From NCBI GenBank assembly GCA_965219345.1, contig OZ244732.1:960001-1024000 (forward strand): a stretch of DNA of 64,000 nucleotides, in the 5' to 3' direction. This document shows positions 29,644 through 41,701 of the stretch, in pieces. The notes under the pieces were generated by a model that was not told the origin of the DNA, did not search any database, and worked only from the letters and a program-made list of their open reading frames with translations. The translations under genes and the position numbers were made by a program. Within the stretch, counting starts at the first letter, position 1. Each line of letters opens with the position of its first letter. The DNA is from Nitrosopumilus sp. Lineage in GTDB: Archaea; Thermoproteota; Nitrososphaeria; Nitrososphaerales; Nitrosopumilaceae.

Positions 29644-30363
29644 GTGAAGGCTATAATTTTGGCAGGCGGCAAGGGAACTAGAGGCAAACCTTACACTGAA
29701 TATTTCCCAAAAGCAATGACTCCCATTAACGGTAAGCCATTGATTGATTATGTGATAAAATACCTAAAATCATTCAGTTTTGTAAGGGAGATTATAATAA
29801 TTTCAGATTTTAGTGGGTTAGGAGGACAAATCAAAAACTATTACGGAAATCAAAAAAATATCACGTTTGTCCAAGATTCACAAAGTGGTACAGGAGGAGA
29901 TCTATTACACATTGAGAAAAAACTCAAAGGTGAATCAGAATTTTTGTTATGGTTTGTAGATAACTTGTGTGCAATAGATCTAAAAAAGATGAAAGAATTT
30001 TTCAGAGAAAAAAATAGTTCTGCATGTGTTGCAACTAGAACAAAAAGAAGCGAAGAGACAGGATTTGCAATTGTAGAAGACGGAATCATAAAAGAGTTCA
30101 AAGAAAAACCAGTTATGAAATTACAGTTATCTGAATGTTTGGGCATTTACATTATTGGAAAAGACATCATTAAACGAATCAAGGCAAAACAAAAACAAAA
30201 TGAGATTAATTTGTCATATGATATTTTACAACAGCTATCAAAAGAAGGAAAAATTAGCGCTTATGACATTGGAGACAAAGAATGGATTGATGTAGAATCG
30301 CCTATGGTTTTAGAAAGAAATGAAAAAATGGTAAAGAAAATCATAAAACAGATGGGACTTTAG
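29644..30363 (+). CDS. sugar-phosphate nucleotidyltransferase family protein
   Basis: AIILAGGKGTR..PKAM. Confidence 0.88.
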   Translation: MKAIILAGGKGTRGKPYTEYFPKAMTPINGKPLIDYVIKYLKSFSFVREIIIISDFSGLGGQIKNYYGNQKNITFVQDSQSGTGGDLLHIEKKLKGESEFLLWFVDNLCAIDLKKMKEFFREKNSSACVATRTKRSEETGFAIVEDGIIKEFKEKPVMKLQLSECLGIYIIGKDIIKRIKAKQKQNEINLSYDILQQLSKEGKISAYDIGDKEWIDVESPMVLERNEKMVKKIIKQMGL

Positions 30364-30925
30364 ACTCTCTTTCAAATTCAGATATTTTATCTTCAAATTG
30401 TAAAGTTTGTGAAATATCATCCAAACCTTCCAAGAGAATTTTTTTCTTATAAGGATCTATCTCAAATGATATCTCATCAGAAGGAGTTTTGATGATTTGT
30501 TTTTCAAGATCTACACTAATGGTGTCTAATTCTTGTTGTAGTTTCCCAACTGTTTTTTGATCTAATAAAATTGGCAAGAGTCCATTTTTGAAGCAGTTGC
30601 TAAAGAAAATATCTGCAAAAGAAGGGGCAATAACTACCGTAAAACCATAGTCTAAAAGTGCCCAAACTGCATGTTCACGGCTAGAACCACACCCAAAATT
30701 GTCTCCTGTGACTAGAATTTTAGAATCATCATATTTGGAATCATTTAAGATAAAATCAGATTTGGGCATCTCTTTTTCATCATATCTCCAATTATAAAAT
30801 AAAAATTTGCCAAATCCAGATTTTTGAACTAATTTCAAGAACTGTTTTGGAACAAGTTGATCAGTATCTACATTTACTTTATCAAGTGGAGTGACGATAC
30901 TTGTTACTTTTTTAAAAGATTCCAT
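30341..30925 (-). CDS. leuD: 3-isopropylmalate dehydratase small subunit (bacterial type)
   Basis: [24 protein letters not shown]. Confidence 0.93.
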   Translation of the reverse strand: MESFKKVTSIVTPLDKVNVDTDQLVPKQFLKLVQKSGFGKFLFYNWRYDEKEMPKSDFILNDSKYDDSKILVTGDNFGCGSSREHAVWALLDYGFTVVIAPSFADIFFSNCFKNGLLPILLDQKTVGKLQQELDTISVDLEKQIIKTPSDEISFEIDPYKKKILLEGLDDISQTLQFEDKISEFERESKVPSVL

Positions 30926-30926
30926 T

Positions 30927-32342
30927 TTATTTCAAATCCAATTCCCTAACATCTACAAAATGTCCTTTAATTGCAGCAGCAGCTGCCATCACTGGACTAA
31001 CTAAATGAGTTCTTCCACCAGTTCCCTGTCTACCTTCAAAATTTCTGTTGGATGTACTAGCACATCTTTCACCAGGAGATAAAATATCAGGATTCATTCC
31101 AAGACACATACTACATCCAGCTTCTCTCCATTCAAAATTGGCATTAATGAAAATTTTATCAAGACCCATTTCTTCAGCTTGTTTTTTTACCATCTGAGAA
31201 CCTGGAACAACCATAGCTCGAACGTTTGTTGAAATTTTTTGGTCTTTGATTACTTTGGATGCTTCAATAAGATCTTCTATTCTTGCATTGGTACATGAAC
31301 CAATAAACACCCTATCAATTTTGATATCAGTAATTGGAGTTCCTGGTTTAAGGTCCATATAATCAAGTGCTTTTTCAGCTCCTTTCTTTTGATTAGGATC
31401 ACCATTTGAGAATTCATCAGGAGATGGAACTGATTCAGTTACATCACAAGTCATTCCAGGATTTGTACCCCAACTAACTTGAGGTGCAATATTATCTATA
31501 TGCAAAGTAAATTGTTTTTCAAATTTTGCATCACTATCTGTGTTTAGATGTTCCTTCCAATAATCTACAAGAGATTCATAGTTTTTTGGGGTGTATTGCT
31601 TCCCTCTAAGATAATCAAAAGTATGCTCATCAGGTGCAATTAGTCCTGCACGTGCTCCAGCCTCAATTGACATGTTGCAAATAGTCATTCTTTGCTCCAT
31701 GGATAAATCAGTGATTCCTTGACCACGATATTCAATTACAGTGCCAGTTCCGCCTCCAGTTCCTATATTTTTGATAATTGAGAGTACGATATCCTTGGCA
31801 GTAACTGAATGAGGATTCTTTCTTTTTCCTTCTATTCTAATTTCAAATGGTTTTGGTTTTTCTAGCCATAGAGTTTGAGATGCCAATACATGCTCAACAT
31901 CACTAGTTCCAATTCCAAAAGCTAATGCTCCAAAAGCACCATGAGTTGATGTATGACTATCGCCACAAACAATTGTAGAGCCAGGTAAAGTGATTCCTAA
32001 CTGAGGGCCAATTACATGGACAATTCCTTGATTAGGACTGTTAATATCAAATAATTTGATTCCAAAGTCTTTACAGTTTTTTTCCAAAGTCTGGATTTGT
32101 ACTGCAGAAGATTGATCTAATATTGGAAGAGACCTATCATTTGTTGGAACATTATGATCCATTGTGGCAATGGTAAGATCAGTTCTTCTAACTTTTCTTT
32201 GATTCAAACGTAATCCATCAAATGCTTGAGGAGAGGTTACTTCATGTACAAGATGTCTGTCAACATAGATTAGAGAAGGGCCATTTTGTTTTTCAACAAC
32301 AACATGAGAATTCCATACTTTTTCAAAAAGAGTTTGTCCCAT
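30927..32342 (-). CDS. leuC: 3-isopropylmalate dehydratase large subunit (bacterial type)
   Basis: [44 protein letters not shown]. Confidence 0.95.
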   Translation of the reverse strand: MGQTLFEKVWNSHVVVEKQNGPSLIYVDRHLVHEVTSPQAFDGLRLNQRKVRRTDLTIATMDHNVPTNDRSLPILDQSSAVQIQTLEKNCKDFGIKLFDINSPNQGIVHVIGPQLGITLPGSTIVCGDSHTSTHGAFGALAFGIGTSDVEHVLASQTLWLEKPKPFEIRIEGKRKNPHSVTAKDIVLSIIKNIGTGGGTGTVIEYRGQGITDLSMEQRMTICNMSIEAGARAGLIAPDEHTFDYLRGKQYTPKNYESLVDYWKEHLNTDSDAKFEKQFTLHIDNIAPQVSWGTNPGMTCDVTESVPSPDEFSNGDPNQKKGAEKALDYMDLKPGTPITDIKIDRVFIGSCTNARIEDLIEASKVIKDQKISTNVRAMVVPGSQMVKKQAEEMGLDKIFINANFEWREAGCSMCLGMNPDILSPGERCASTSNRNFEGRQGTGGRTHLVSPVMAAAAAIKGHFVDVRELDLK

Positions 32343-32343
32343 T

Positions 32344-32835
32344 TCAATCCTGATCTGGCTTGTACTTGAAGAGACCACCAGCAGTGATTATCTTTCCAAT
32401 AATTTCCGAAAAAGGTTTCATTTTGTATGTCTGATTTTTGGTAATGTTTTTAATTTCATTGGTAGATAGTGTAATTTCTATTTCATCACCTTCAGAAATT
32501 CCATCATATGCATCCCCATCAATCTCAATTGGTAGTAAAAATGCCCCATCAACTGCATTTCGATAAAAAATTCTGGCAAAAGATAATGCAAGTACAGCCT
32601 TTACTCCAGAGTGAGACAAAGCAATGGGAGCATGTTCACGAGATGAACCACATCCAAAATTTCTTCCAGATAAAATAAAATCACCTTCTTTTACCTTAGA
32701 GTGAAAATCAGGATCCAATCCCTCCATGGCATGAGTGGCAAGTTCAGCATAATCATGAATTTTTAGATATTGGCCTGGAATGATTACGTCAGTATCAATA
32801 TTGTCTTGTGCATATTTTATGATATTACCTTTCAT
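32344..32835 (-). CDS. LeuD/HacB-type aconitase-family small subunit (archaeal type)
   Basis: [24 protein letters not shown]. Confidence 0.9.
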   Translation of the reverse strand: MKGNIIKYAQDNIDTDVIIPGQYLKIHDYAELATHAMEGLDPDFHSKVKEGDFILSGRNFGCGSSREHAPIALSHSGVKAVLALSFARIFYRNAVDGAFLLPIEIDGDAYDGISEGDEIEITLSTNEIKNITKNQTYKMKPFSEIIGKIITAGGLFKYKPDQD

Positions 32836-34109
32836 TTCAAGTCCCTTGGATCAGTAATTTTTCCAGTAACTGCTGATGCTGCTGCGACTAGAGGAGATGA
32901 AAGATATGTTTGTGATTCAATATGACCCATTCTGCCTGGGAAGTTTCGATTTGTAGTACTGATACAGATTTCATCTTTTGCCAAGACACCCATATGAGCA
33001 CCACAACATGCTCCACAAGTTGGAGGTCCAACTGTTACACCAGCATCTAAGAAAATTTTCAACAGGCCATTTTCCATAGCACGTTGATAAATTGAAATTG
33101 CTGCAGGTAAAATTTCAGTTCTAATCTTTACTTTTCTTCCCTTGAGAATTTTTGCAACTGCTACCAAATCTTCGTATTTTGCACCAGTACAAGATCCAAT
33201 GTACGATTTATCCAATTCAACAGAGGGAGCTTCTCTTACAACTGAAATATTTTCAGGAGAAAATGGTTTTGCAACAACAGGTTCCATCTCTGAACTTTCA
33301 TATTCAAATACTTTGGCATATTCGGCATCGTCGTCACCATTTACCAAATTGACATTTGTAGCTCCTCTACTAGTAAGATAATCAATCACTTTTTGATCTG
33401 GTTCAACAATCCCATTCTTTGCACCTGCTTCAGTAGTCATATTACATAATGTTAGTCTGCTTTCTACAGACATTTCATCAACTCCACTTCCACCAAACTG
33501 CATGGTTCTATATGCACCGCCATCAGTTCCTATATCCCCAATTATTTTTAGGATCAAGTCTTTGGCCATGACATGATCCGGTAATTTTCCATTGATCCTA
33601 AAGTAGTAAGTTTCTGGAACCTTAAACCAAATCTTTCCATTCAACAATACATAAGCAACATCAGTATGTCCTAATCCACAAGCAAATGCACCCAAAGCAC
33701 CAGTTGTGTTAGTGTGAGAATCACCACCAACATAAACGTCACCAGGCATTACTAAAGCCTCTTCATGAGATAAGGTATGGCAAATGCCATATTGTCCCAT
33801 GCCATATTTGAAGTGTTTTTCAATTCCATAATTTTTTGTAAAGTTTGATAATTTTACAATGTTTTCTGCTGAAACTTTTTCTGCGGAAGGAACAAAGTGG
33901 TCTTCTGCTACCCAAACTTTTGTAGGATCCCATAACTTATTAACTGAAATTCCTTGATTCTTTAGTTTCTCAAATACCTTGATGACTCCTGGCCCCGAGA
34001 CATCATGAAGCATCACCTTGTCTACATTGGCAAAAACAACATCATCAGGAGAGACTTGGGTTTTTCCAGATGCGCGTGCAAGAATCTTCTCAATAATATT
34101 CATAAACAA
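32832..34109 (-). CDS. LeuC/HacA-type aconitase-family large subunit (archaeal type)
   Basis: GICH, GGDSHT, IGSCT, CGACCG, STTNRNFPGRMG. Confidence 0.92.
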   Translation of the reverse strand: MFMNIIEKILARASGKTQVSPDDVVFANVDKVMLHDVSGPGVIKVFEKLKNQGISVNKLWDPTKVWVAEDHFVPSAEKVSAENIVKLSNFTKNYGIEKHFKYGMGQYGICHTLSHEEALVMPGDVYVGGDSHTNTTGALGAFACGLGHTDVAYVLLNGKIWFKVPETYYFRINGKLPDHVMAKDLILKIIGDIGTDGGAYRTMQFGGSGVDEMSVESRLTLCNMTTEAGAKNGIVEPDQKVIDYLTSRGATNVNLVNGDDDAEYAKVFEYESSEMEPVVAKPFSPENISVVREAPSVELDKSYIGSCTGAKYEDLVAVAKILKGRKVKIRTEILPAAISIYQRAMENGLLKIFLDAGVTVGPPTCGACCGAHMGVLAKDEICISTTNRNFPGRMGHIESQTYLSSPLVAAASAVTGKITDPRDLK

Positions 34110-34176
34110 AAAAGCTTGTTCTACAGATTAAAAGCTTTTCAGAACAATAAAAAAGAAAAGGTGGGCTCGGAATATT

Positions 34177-34953
34177 ATGCAGTTAACTGTGTTACCACTC
34201 TTAGCAGAGAGAATGGAAGAAAAATTTGATGTTTTCGAGGTCTTATTTGAAACATTAGAAAAGAACAACACAAAATTACAAGAAGGAGATGTTTTAGTAA
34301 TTTCAACAAAATACATCTCAAATTCACAGGGGAGAATTATTGAACTACAAAAAATCAAAATATCAGATGAAGGTTCAGAAATTTCAAAAAAGTTTCAGTT
34401 AAAACCCGAAATTGCTGAAATTATAATCAGGGAATCTGATAAAATTTTTGGCGGTATTGGTGGATTTGTAATTACATCAGCTGACAACATAATGGCACCA
34501 AATGCTGGAATTGATAAATCTAATGCAAAAAAAGGAAGAGTGATTCTATATCCAACTAATCCATACCTTATTGCAGAACAGATTCGTAGAAAAATTTTCT
34601 TAAAATTGTTTATTCATGTTGGTGTAATTCTAGTTGATAGTAGACTAATGCCAGCAAGGATTGGAACATCTGGAGTTGCAATAGCATGTGCTGGAATTGA
34701 ACCGGTTTTTGATATGAGATCAAAAAAAGATCTTGATGGGAATCCATTAAAAGTAACATTTCAAGCCGTAGTTGATAATCTTGCAACAATTGCAAATCAT
34801 AAGATGGGTGAAGGCGCAGAGTCAAAACCATTTGCAATAGTTAGAAATTCAGGTGCAAAACTCACTGATAGAAAAATAAATCATTCAGAGATGGCAATAT
34901 CTCCAGATCAATGTGTTTACGTTAGAGGATTATCAAATCCCGTAAAGAGTTAG
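34177..34953 (+). CDS. cofE: coenzyme F420-0:L-glutamate ligase
   Basis: GDVLVISTK, PNAGIDKSN, MGEGAE. Confidence 0.9.
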   Translation: MQLTVLPLLAERMEEKFDVFEVLFETLEKNNTKLQEGDVLVISTKYISNSQGRIIELQKIKISDEGSEISKKFQLKPEIAEIIIRESDKIFGGIGGFVITSADNIMAPNAGIDKSNAKKGRVILYPTNPYLIAEQIRRKIFLKLFIHVGVILVDSRLMPARIGTSGVAIACAGIEPVFDMRSKKDLDGNPLKVTFQAVVDNLATIANHKMGEGAESKPFAIVRNSGAKLTDRKINHSEMAISPDQCVYVRGLSNPVKS

Positions 34954-35000
34954 AATTCTGGTTTGTTCGACTTTAAATAGAGGTATTTTGGGAACGGATT

Positions 35001-35555
35001 ATGGAATATCTTACCACATACCCAAAAACAATTTCATTTCTTGATGGATTAAAACACAAGATTGATGTTGATAGTAAGAACGGGGTTGAACAACTTCATG
35101 TTGTGGTAAAGAAGAGTTTTGAAGAATTGATGAAAATTTTTTCAGAAGAAGGATTCACTAAAGTAAAATTAGAGCACAAGCAACCAGGACAAATTGGAAA
35201 CGGACTTAATCTAAAGTTAAAAAAACCATGGGAGATGCACATTAGAATGGTTGATCTCAAAAAAGGATTAATTGGAATTCATGCAGAAGTAGAGGTTTCA
35301 AGAGACTATCTTCAACATTTGTTCTCTCAGAGAACCCCAGTTATTTACGAGGTAGAAGAGATTCTAAAAAAATACCAAGTAGAGTCTAGCATTTGGCATG
35401 ATAAAATAAAGAAAAACGTTCATGTAATTTTAGATAACTATAAAGTGAAACTTGCAACTCCAGGTATTCCAGTATTTGCATGGAAACCAATGTTATTTGT
35501 GATTGGAACAATTGCTGCTTTTTATGGTTGGAAATATTTCAACACAATCTGGTAG
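35001..35555 (+). CDS. conserved hypothetical protein with C-terminal TM
   Basis: PWEMHIR..AEVEVSRDY; clean ORF. Confidence 0.8.
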   Translation: MEYLTTYPKTISFLDGLKHKIDVDSKNGVEQLHVVVKKSFEELMKIFSEEGFTKVKLEHKQPGQIGNGLNLKLKKPWEMHIRMVDLKKGLIGIHAEVEVSRDYLQHLFSQRTPVIYEVEEILKKYQVESSIWHDKIKKNVHVILDNYKVKLATPGIPVFAWKPMLFVIGTIAAFYGWKYFNTIW

Positions 35556-35556
35556 T

Positions 35557-35889
35557 TTAAACACCCAGAGTTTCAGCTTTGCTTAATTCTAAAAATACCT
35601 TATCTCCAACTGCAAGACCCATCTCTTTGTATTCGTGCATTTCAAGTTTTAATTGAGTGATATTTCCCTGCATTCCCATACCTGGGCCCATACCGCCAGC
35701 TAACATTTTGTTCAGATCCTTCATCATGTCATTCATGTTTGTAAATCCCATGACCTTAGGGCTGCCAAAAGCAGGTGGTGGGTTTTGCGTTCCTTCTTTG
35801 AGATCTTTCATTGAGGATAATGAGACTACTACATATGGTGCTCCATCAGGTGCTGCATCAATACTTTTTACTACATATTCTTTCTTCAT
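35557..35889 (-). CDS. conserved hypothetical protein
   Basis: MKKEYVVKSID... ORF; start inferred. Confidence 0.75.
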   Translation of the reverse strand: MKKEYVVKSIDAAPDGAPYVVVSLSSMKDLKEGTQNPPPAFGSPKVMGFTNMNDMMKDLNKMLAGGMGPGMGMQGNITQLKLEMHEYKEMGLAVGDKVFLELSKAETLGV

Positions 35890-35994
35890 GTCTGAAATAA
35901 CTAACTCATGACATATAATTTTAATTTTAAGGTGAATTTGACCCAATATCACTTGGTTTGAAGCTTTAATTACAATTTTCATGATTTTAAATTA

Positions 35995-36528
35995 TTGCCA
36001 GAAAAGTTGAATACAACATTACGGTATTACGGAATTTCGCCATGGGAAATTGAAGTTCTTTATGGATATCTAAATTCTCATTTTACGATCATTCAAGATG
36101 AGATTGAACCAAACGATGAGGATTTTGTGAGTTTTTTAGAGATGGAAATTCCTCTTCCGTTTAATGAAGCATTTTTTCAATGGTTTGATTTCAAACGCTG
36201 GGAAAAAATCAAAGCAGTTTTCAAAGAGATTAAAAGAAGAAGAGGTGGTAGAAATGCTTTAAAAATTAAAATTAATTTTTCTGGAGATCCAAGAATTGTT
36301 TTTACTGTTGATAGTGAAGATAGGCATTGGTTCAATAGTGCTGTGGACAAGATTGATTTTGTTTTAGAATTATTGCCATATCACCTTAATCCTGAAAAAC
36401 TACCATCAGGAATTTCAGAAATAATTTACAAGTTTGATTCAAAATCAGGTAGATGGCGCCTTAGCACAAAATCATCTGAAAATAAGAAATATACTTTCAT
36501 AGAAGACTCCTGGAAACAGATTACTTGA
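35995..36528 (+). CDS. hypothetical protein
   Basis: 177-aa ORF. Confidence 0.75.
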   Translation: MPEKLNTTLRYYGISPWEIEVLYGYLNSHFTIIQDEIEPNDEDFVSFLEMEIPLPFNEAFFQWFDFKRWEKIKAVFKEIKRRRGGRNALKIKINFSGDPRIVFTVDSEDRHWFNSAVDKIDFVLELLPYHLNPEKLPSGISEIIYKFDSKSGRWRLSTKSSENKKYTFIEDSWKQIT

Positions 36529-36961
36529 GATCTTTCTGTAACGGTTCTAATAATTTATGGAGTTCTTTGTATTTTGATTCTATAAATTCCAAAGCAGAAC
36601 CTAATCTCTTGGATTTGCCATACTTGTAACGAATAAGTTCACGATGATGCCAGTATGTTTTTCCTTCATCAACTAAGAGAGTTGTAAAATAATCTGTTCC
36701 TTTCAAATTATCAGGAAGTTTTACATCATGAGGAAATAACATATCTACGATAAACCACTCATCCCCGTCAGGGTAATCAGAGCCAGTATCTACATCAAAA
36801 AATATGTGAAGTAGATCAGACTGCATTAGGCCATCATCATTGATAGAAGGATGTTTTATTGATGATTTTTTAAAATCTAGATTAATCAGCTGAGTTTCAA
36901 AGAAATACTTGATAATTGATCTTCTAAATATTTTATTTGGCTCATTTATGTTCAATAGCAA
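36521..36961 (-). CDS. hypothetical protein
   Basis: 146-aa ORF downstream of korB. Confidence 0.7.
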   Translation of the reverse strand: MLLNINEPNKIFRRSIIKYFFETQLINLDFKKSSIKHPSINDDGLMQSDLLHIFFDVDTGSDYPDGDEWFIVDMLFPHDVKLPDNLKGTDYFTTLLVDEGKTYWHHRELIRYKYGKSKRLGSALEFIESKYKELHKLLEPLQKDLK

Positions 36962-37003
36962 AATAATCTACAAACTAGTCTATAACTTGTTAGGTACCTA
37001 GTT

Positions 37004-37966
37004 TCAAACTTGTAAGGAATCAAGAATTTTTGAAACATCTGTTATAGGTATTCCATTTTCTGAAATCTTTTGTTTGGCAGGAGGGTTTTCAAGATAATTT
37101 GGAATTTTATCTTTCAAACGAATTGTGAATGGAGAAATGAGTTCGTTTTGATAAAATACGCCTGTTGGTATCTTGGTTCCCCATTCTAAAGATTTGATCA
37201 GGGCTTGAGATAGTTTTTCATTTACTTCAACCTCGTTGTCATAATGCACTAAAGGATCAAACTGAGTATCCTCAAGTTTGTAAATTCTGGAATGTCTCTC
37301 TATTGATTCTTGGGCCAAATCTACGCCAGCATACCAATCTCTTGTATTGATATCATTGTAAGTAGGACATGGTTGCAAAACATCAAGAAATGCTAGGCCT
37401 TTGTGTTCTACAGCCTTAATTATCAAATCTTTGAGGTGTTTGACATCATAAGAATAACCCCTGGCAACAAATGTAAAACCACTTGCTACAGCCAAACCGA
37501 TTGGGTTGACATCATAATTTGTATTTGGAGAAGGCAATGATTTTGTCTGTTCTCCAAGTTTTAGAGTGGGAGATGCTTGGCCCTTTGTTAGCCCGTAAAC
37601 ACCATTATCAAAAATTATGTAAGTCATGTCTACATTTCGTCTTCCAGCTGCAACAAAATGACCAGCCCCTATTCCTAGCCCATCACCATCTCCACCAACT
37701 GCCACTACTGTCATCTCAGGATTTGCTAGCTTGCCACCTTGGGCAAAAGTAAGAACTCTGCCATGCAAAGTATGAACTCCGTATGTATTGATAAAGTGAG
37801 AAGTTTTTCCAGAGCATCCAATACCTGAAAAAATTGTTGCCTTGTCTCTTTCTATTCCCATTTCTGCTAATGCCATCTGTAATGCATTTACTATTCCGAA
37901 ATCCCCACAACCGGGACACCAATCATTATGTACGTCGGTTTTGTAGTCGGCAAGCTTAAGCGCCAT
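37004..37966 (-). CDS. korB: 2-oxoacid:ferredoxin oxidoreductase beta subunit
   Basis: [30 protein letters not shown]. Confidence 0.95.
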   Translation of the reverse strand: MALKLADYKTDVHNDWCPGCGDFGIVNALQMALAEMGIERDKATIFSGIGCSGKTSHFINTYGVHTLHGRVLTFAQGGKLANPEMTVVAVGGDGDGLGIGAGHFVAAGRRNVDMTYIIFDNGVYGLTKGQASPTLKLGEQTKSLPSPNTNYDVNPIGLAVASGFTFVARGYSYDVKHLKDLIIKAVEHKGLAFLDVLQPCPTYNDINTRDWYAGVDLAQESIERHSRIYKLEDTQFDPLVHYDNEVEVNEKLSQALIKSLEWGTKIPTGVFYQNELISPFTIRLKDKIPNYLENPPAKQKISENGIPITDVSKILDSLQV

Positions 37967-39863
37967 GAGTTAGAACCTCCCTCTTGTCAGCTTTGTTTTC
38001 AACAATTTTCTTAAGTGAATCATAAATTTCAGTGCTAGTCATTCCTCGTCCTGTATATTTTAGTATAAAATAATCAATATCCTTAAGGACATTTTGTTTA
38101 AAGATTTGACCTAATTGTCCTGAATGATTTGCTTCAATGTCAATTATTATTTTTGTGTCCTTGAGAAGAGAGTTTACATAATCAGTTGGAAAAGGATGAA
38201 TTAGTTTAATTTGAATAAATCCAATGTCGATTCCTTCTTTTTTTAGCATAGAGATGGCATCTAAGATAGGACCTTTTGTAGAACCCCAAGAAACTATGGT
38301 ATGTTCATGTGCACCAAAAGAGACTGCTTGCTCCTCATCAGGGATTCTTTCTAATGCTAAATCTAGTCTGGACATTCTTTTGTCCATCATCTGAATTCTC
38401 CCTACGGGATCTTCAGAGATATGGCCATATTCATCAGATTCATCGCCTGTATTCCAAAAAATACCGTTATCCAGCCCAAGGCTAGATCTAGGAGAAATGC
38501 CATCATCAGTAAAGGCAAATCTCTTGTATTCACCTTCAACTTTGTCTAGTAGTTTGCCTCTGTCAATTGTAATCTTATTTGGCTCAAATCTTTTGCATGT
38601 CACAACAGAACTTGATAGAAATTTGTCCATCATATGAATAACAGGAATTTGAAAAACATCCGCATAGTTAAAGCATCTTCCCGTATCATAGAAACTTTCT
38701 TCGATATCTCCTGAAGCATATACAATCTTTGGAAAGTCTCCAGCACCTGCATGAACTGCAAAAAGAAGATCATCCTGTCCATGTCTTGTTGGAAGACCTG
38801 TTGATGGTCCACTTCTTTGATATAGAGTAATCACAATAGGGACTTCATTAATTCCAGCCCATCCTATTGCTTCAGTCATTAATGCAAACCCGGGACCAGA
38901 AGTTGACGTTGAGGAACGTGTACCAGTTAATGCGGCACCAATCATCATTCCTATGGCAGAGATCTCATCCTCAGTCTGGATTACAGCTGTAGAACCAGGC
39001 CTGTCATCTTGAATTTGTAAAATTTCATTTGATTCCAGGTGGTTGCTTTCATCAGAAGCTGGAGTGATTGGATAATATGATTGAAATCTACAGCCTGAAA
39101 CCATTTTTCCAATTGAAGTTCCGTAATGACCCTGAACAAGAATGGTGTAAGGTTGTTTTGTGGTTCCTGTTAAACTATGTTCAAAGTTTTCAAATTTGGA
39201 AGCATAATTGTAAGAGTAGTTTGCCGCTTGTTTGTTTATCTCTGCAATTTGGGGTTTTTTTGAAAATATCGTATCAATTGAATGAAGTAAAAAATCAGAG
39301 GGCATTTTGATTAATCCCAAAGACAGTGAGACGCCAATTACATTATACATTCTAACCAGACCACGTAATTTTGGATTGTCTACCTCTTGAGCAAGGTTTT
39401 CTAGAATTTTCTTAAAAGATACCGGGTAAAGAGTGACGCCTTTTTCTTTTGCAATCTCAAGAACCCCACCTATAGTAAATGGCTTATTTTTTGATTCAAG
39501 AAATTTGTCTAGTCGTTCTTTGAATGGAGAGTCAAGGGTACGAACCCTGTCTGTATCAACATCTTCTAATTCAGAATCATAGATGATTCCACCATTAGCA
39601 GAAACTTCATCAAAATGACGAAAAATTGTTTCAGCATCAAATGACGCCATTAACGTTACATCATTAACATTTGAATGAATTTTTTGATCAGATACCCTTA
39701 CTGTAAAGTAACTGTGCTCACCTTTGATATTTGAATAAAATTCTCTTTTTCCAAATATTTGGTATCCCATCTCTGCACATACACGAGAAAAGATATTTGC
39801 ACCTGATTCTACTCCACTGCCTTGTGGACCTCCAATTAGCCATGTAAAGTCAACTAAACTCAC
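37956..39863 (-). CDS. korA: 2-oxoacid:ferredoxin oxidoreductase alpha subunit (gamma-alpha fusion)
   Basis: [37 protein letters not shown]. Confidence 0.95.
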   Translation of the reverse strand: MSLVDFTWLIGGPQGSGVESGANIFSRVCAEMGYQIFGKREFYSNIKGEHSYFTVRVSDQKIHSNVNDVTLMASFDAETIFRHFDEVSANGGIIYDSELEDVDTDRVRTLDSPFKERLDKFLESKNKPFTIGGVLEIAKEKGVTLYPVSFKKILENLAQEVDNPKLRGLVRMYNVIGVSLSLGLIKMPSDFLLHSIDTIFSKKPQIAEINKQAANYSYNYASKFENFEHSLTGTTKQPYTILVQGHYGTSIGKMVSGCRFQSYYPITPASDESNHLESNEILQIQDDRPGSTAVIQTEDEISAIGMMIGAALTGTRSSTSTSGPGFALMTEAIGWAGINEVPIVITLYQRSGPSTGLPTRHGQDDLLFAVHAGAGDFPKIVYASGDIEESFYDTGRCFNYADVFQIPVIHMMDKFLSSSVVTCKRFEPNKITIDRGKLLDKVEGEYKRFAFTDDGISPRSSLGLDNGIFWNTGDESDEYGHISEDPVGRIQMMDKRMSRLDLALERIPDEEQAVSFGAHEHTIVSWGSTKGPILDAISMLKKEGIDIGFIQIKLIHPFPTDYVNSLLKDTKIIIDIEANHSGQLGQIFKQNVLKDIDYFILKYTGRGMTSTEIYDSLKKIVENKADKREVLTHGA

Positions 39864-39912
39864 AGCAAGTCACCTTTATTTTGAATAGTAATAATCTGTC
39901 TTGTCAATTTGA

Positions 39913-40071
39913 TTAGCCTCCGGTTGCCGCATCAAATAATGCACATTCACATTTGTCACGTTCCCCACAATAAGGACAGACACAAGCACACTTTTCGATA
40001 GAACTTCCACATTCTACACAAATGGCAAACTCTTCTTCTTCTTCTTCTTCTTCTTTAACTTCAGAAGACAT
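39913..40071 (-). CDS. small Cys-rich zinc-binding protein (52 aa)
   Basis: MSSEVKE8FAICVECGSSIEKCACVCPYCGERDKCECALFDAATGG. Confidence 0.7.
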   Translation of the reverse strand: MSSEVKEEEEEEEEFAICVECGSSIEKCACVCPYCGERDKCECALFDAATGG

Positions 40072-40119
40072 GAATGATTTACAAAGAAATCGTATAAATG
40101 GTTTGAGATAAACCTGAAG

Positions 40120-41091
40120 TTGATGAAAAAGAAAGTGTTTCTTACAAGAACATTGCATGATTTTGCATTAAAGGAATTAAAAAAAAGATATCAGATAGAA
40201 GTTCATTCTGGAAAAATTCCTATCCCTCAAACTAAGCTACGAACAAAAATTAAAGAAATTGATGGACTGATCTGCTTTCCATACGATGAAATCAATAAAG
40301 CAACAATAGACTTGGCCAAGAATCTAAAAGTGATTAGTACCTACAGTGTTGGTTTTGATCATATCGACATTAAACATGCCAAGAAAAAGAAAATTCATGT
40401 TGGTTATGCCCCAGAAGTATTAACAGATGCAACTGCTGATCTTGCATTCTCACTATTACTTGACATATTAAGAAGAGTCTCAGAAGGGGATAGAATTACT
40501 CGAAGCGGGAAATGGAAGGTAATCTATGGGGCATATGATTATGTGGGACTGGATCTTCAAGGTAAAACTCTCGGCATTTTGGGCCTGGGCAGAATTGGAA
40601 AGACTCTTGCCAAAAGAGCAAAGGCATTTGACATGAAATTAACGTATAACAGTAGGAAACGTGTCTCCAAGGCTAGAGAGAAGACATTAGGAATAAAATA
40701 CGTCTCATTTGAAAAACTAATCACACAAAGCGATATTATTTCAATTCATGTGCCGCGCACAAAAGAAACAGATCATATGTTTGATGTGAAAATTTTTAGA
40801 AAAATGAAAAAATCAGCATTTTTGATTAATACGTCCAGAGGAAAAATTGTTAATGAAAAAGATCTTGTGACGGCATTAAAGAAAAAAATGATTGCAGGAG
40901 CTGGATTAGACGTATTTGAGGCAGAGCCAATAAGTGAAAAACATCCATTGGTAAAATTACAAAATGTTGTACTGGCGCCACACATAGGAAGTTCAACAAA
41001 AGAGACTAGGGCCAAAATGGCAGAAATTACTGTTAAAAATCTGAATCTTGGAATGAATGGAAAAAGACCGATCTACTCAGTAGGGTATTGA
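40120..41091 (+). CDS. gyaR: D-2-hydroxyacid dehydrogenase / glyoxylate reductase
   Basis: GILGLGRIG, LINTSRG, AGLDVF, LAPHIGS. Confidence 0.9.
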   Translation: MMKKKVFLTRTLHDFALKELKKRYQIEVHSGKIPIPQTKLRTKIKEIDGLICFPYDEINKATIDLAKNLKVISTYSVGFDHIDIKHAKKKKIHVGYAPEVLTDATADLAFSLLLDILRRVSEGDRITRSGKWKVIYGAYDYVGLDLQGKTLGILGLGRIGKTLAKRAKAFDMKLTYNSRKRVSKAREKTLGIKYVSFEKLITQSDIISIHVPRTKETDHMFDVKIFRKMKKSAFLINTSRGKIVNEKDLVTALKKKMIAGAGLDVFEAEPISEKHPLVKLQNVVLAPHIGSSTKETRAKMAEITVKNLNLGMNGKRPIYSVGY

Positions 41092-41287
41092 TTTTCACGC
41101 ATGAGTTGCAATCAAAAAAATGTTGAGTTTTTATATCTAAATTTCAAACCAGTATTAGATTGAAAAAATTCAAACATACAAACGAAGAATTAGAATTAGC
41201 TAAGTTACAATCTGAAAAAGAGAAGAAGGAAAAAGAATCTAAAGAATAATGTTTTTTCTCCTTGTCTTTTTCAGACAAGGTTTTTTT

Positions 41288-41662
41288 TTAAAAATTAATT
41301 TTAGAAGAATATTTTTGGTTTAATTCGTCATAGACTTTTTTTCTTTCAGAAATTACTATTCTAGATTCATCGTACATTTTCGCAAAAAATGCTGCTAAAA
41401 CACGATCCTTATTCTCATTGAAGAATCTTACGCTAAAACTAGTACGTTCAGGCTTTTCTTCCCGTACAAATTCTGCTGATTTTATCAATTCTGAATCAAT
41501 ATGCATGTGTGCTGGACCATCATTATCACCAATAGTAATCCACTTTTCTTTTTGTCTAATGCCAAGAGAATTGCTTTTAACCTCGCTGACGGCACCTTCA
41601 TTTCTTACGATAAGCAAAATATCGTCAATTCTGACTAAATCAGATAATAAATCAAAAAGCAT
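41288..41662 (-). CDS. ChuX/HutX-like haem-binding carrier protein
   Basis: LLIVRNEGAVSE..AHMHI..SFSVRFFN pattern. Confidence 0.65.
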   Translation of the reverse strand: MLFDLLSDLVRIDDILLIVRNEGAVSEVKSNSLGIRQKEKWITIGDNDGPAHMHIDSELIKSAEFVREEKPERTSFSVRFFNENKDRVLAAFFAKMYDESRIVISERKKVYDELNQKYSSKINF

Positions 41663-41701
41663 TAGATGTTCTTGAAGTTAAAGTTATTTCAGTATTTAGA
41701 A

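Noticed and set aside
30341-34109. Two tandem LeuCD-type pairs as a novelty
   Set aside because: Bacterial-type and archaeal-type aconitase-family paralogues are expected in this group and lie in core context
40030-40055. TTC trinucleotide run
   Set aside because: It simply encodes the poly-Glu tract of the small Cys-rich protein
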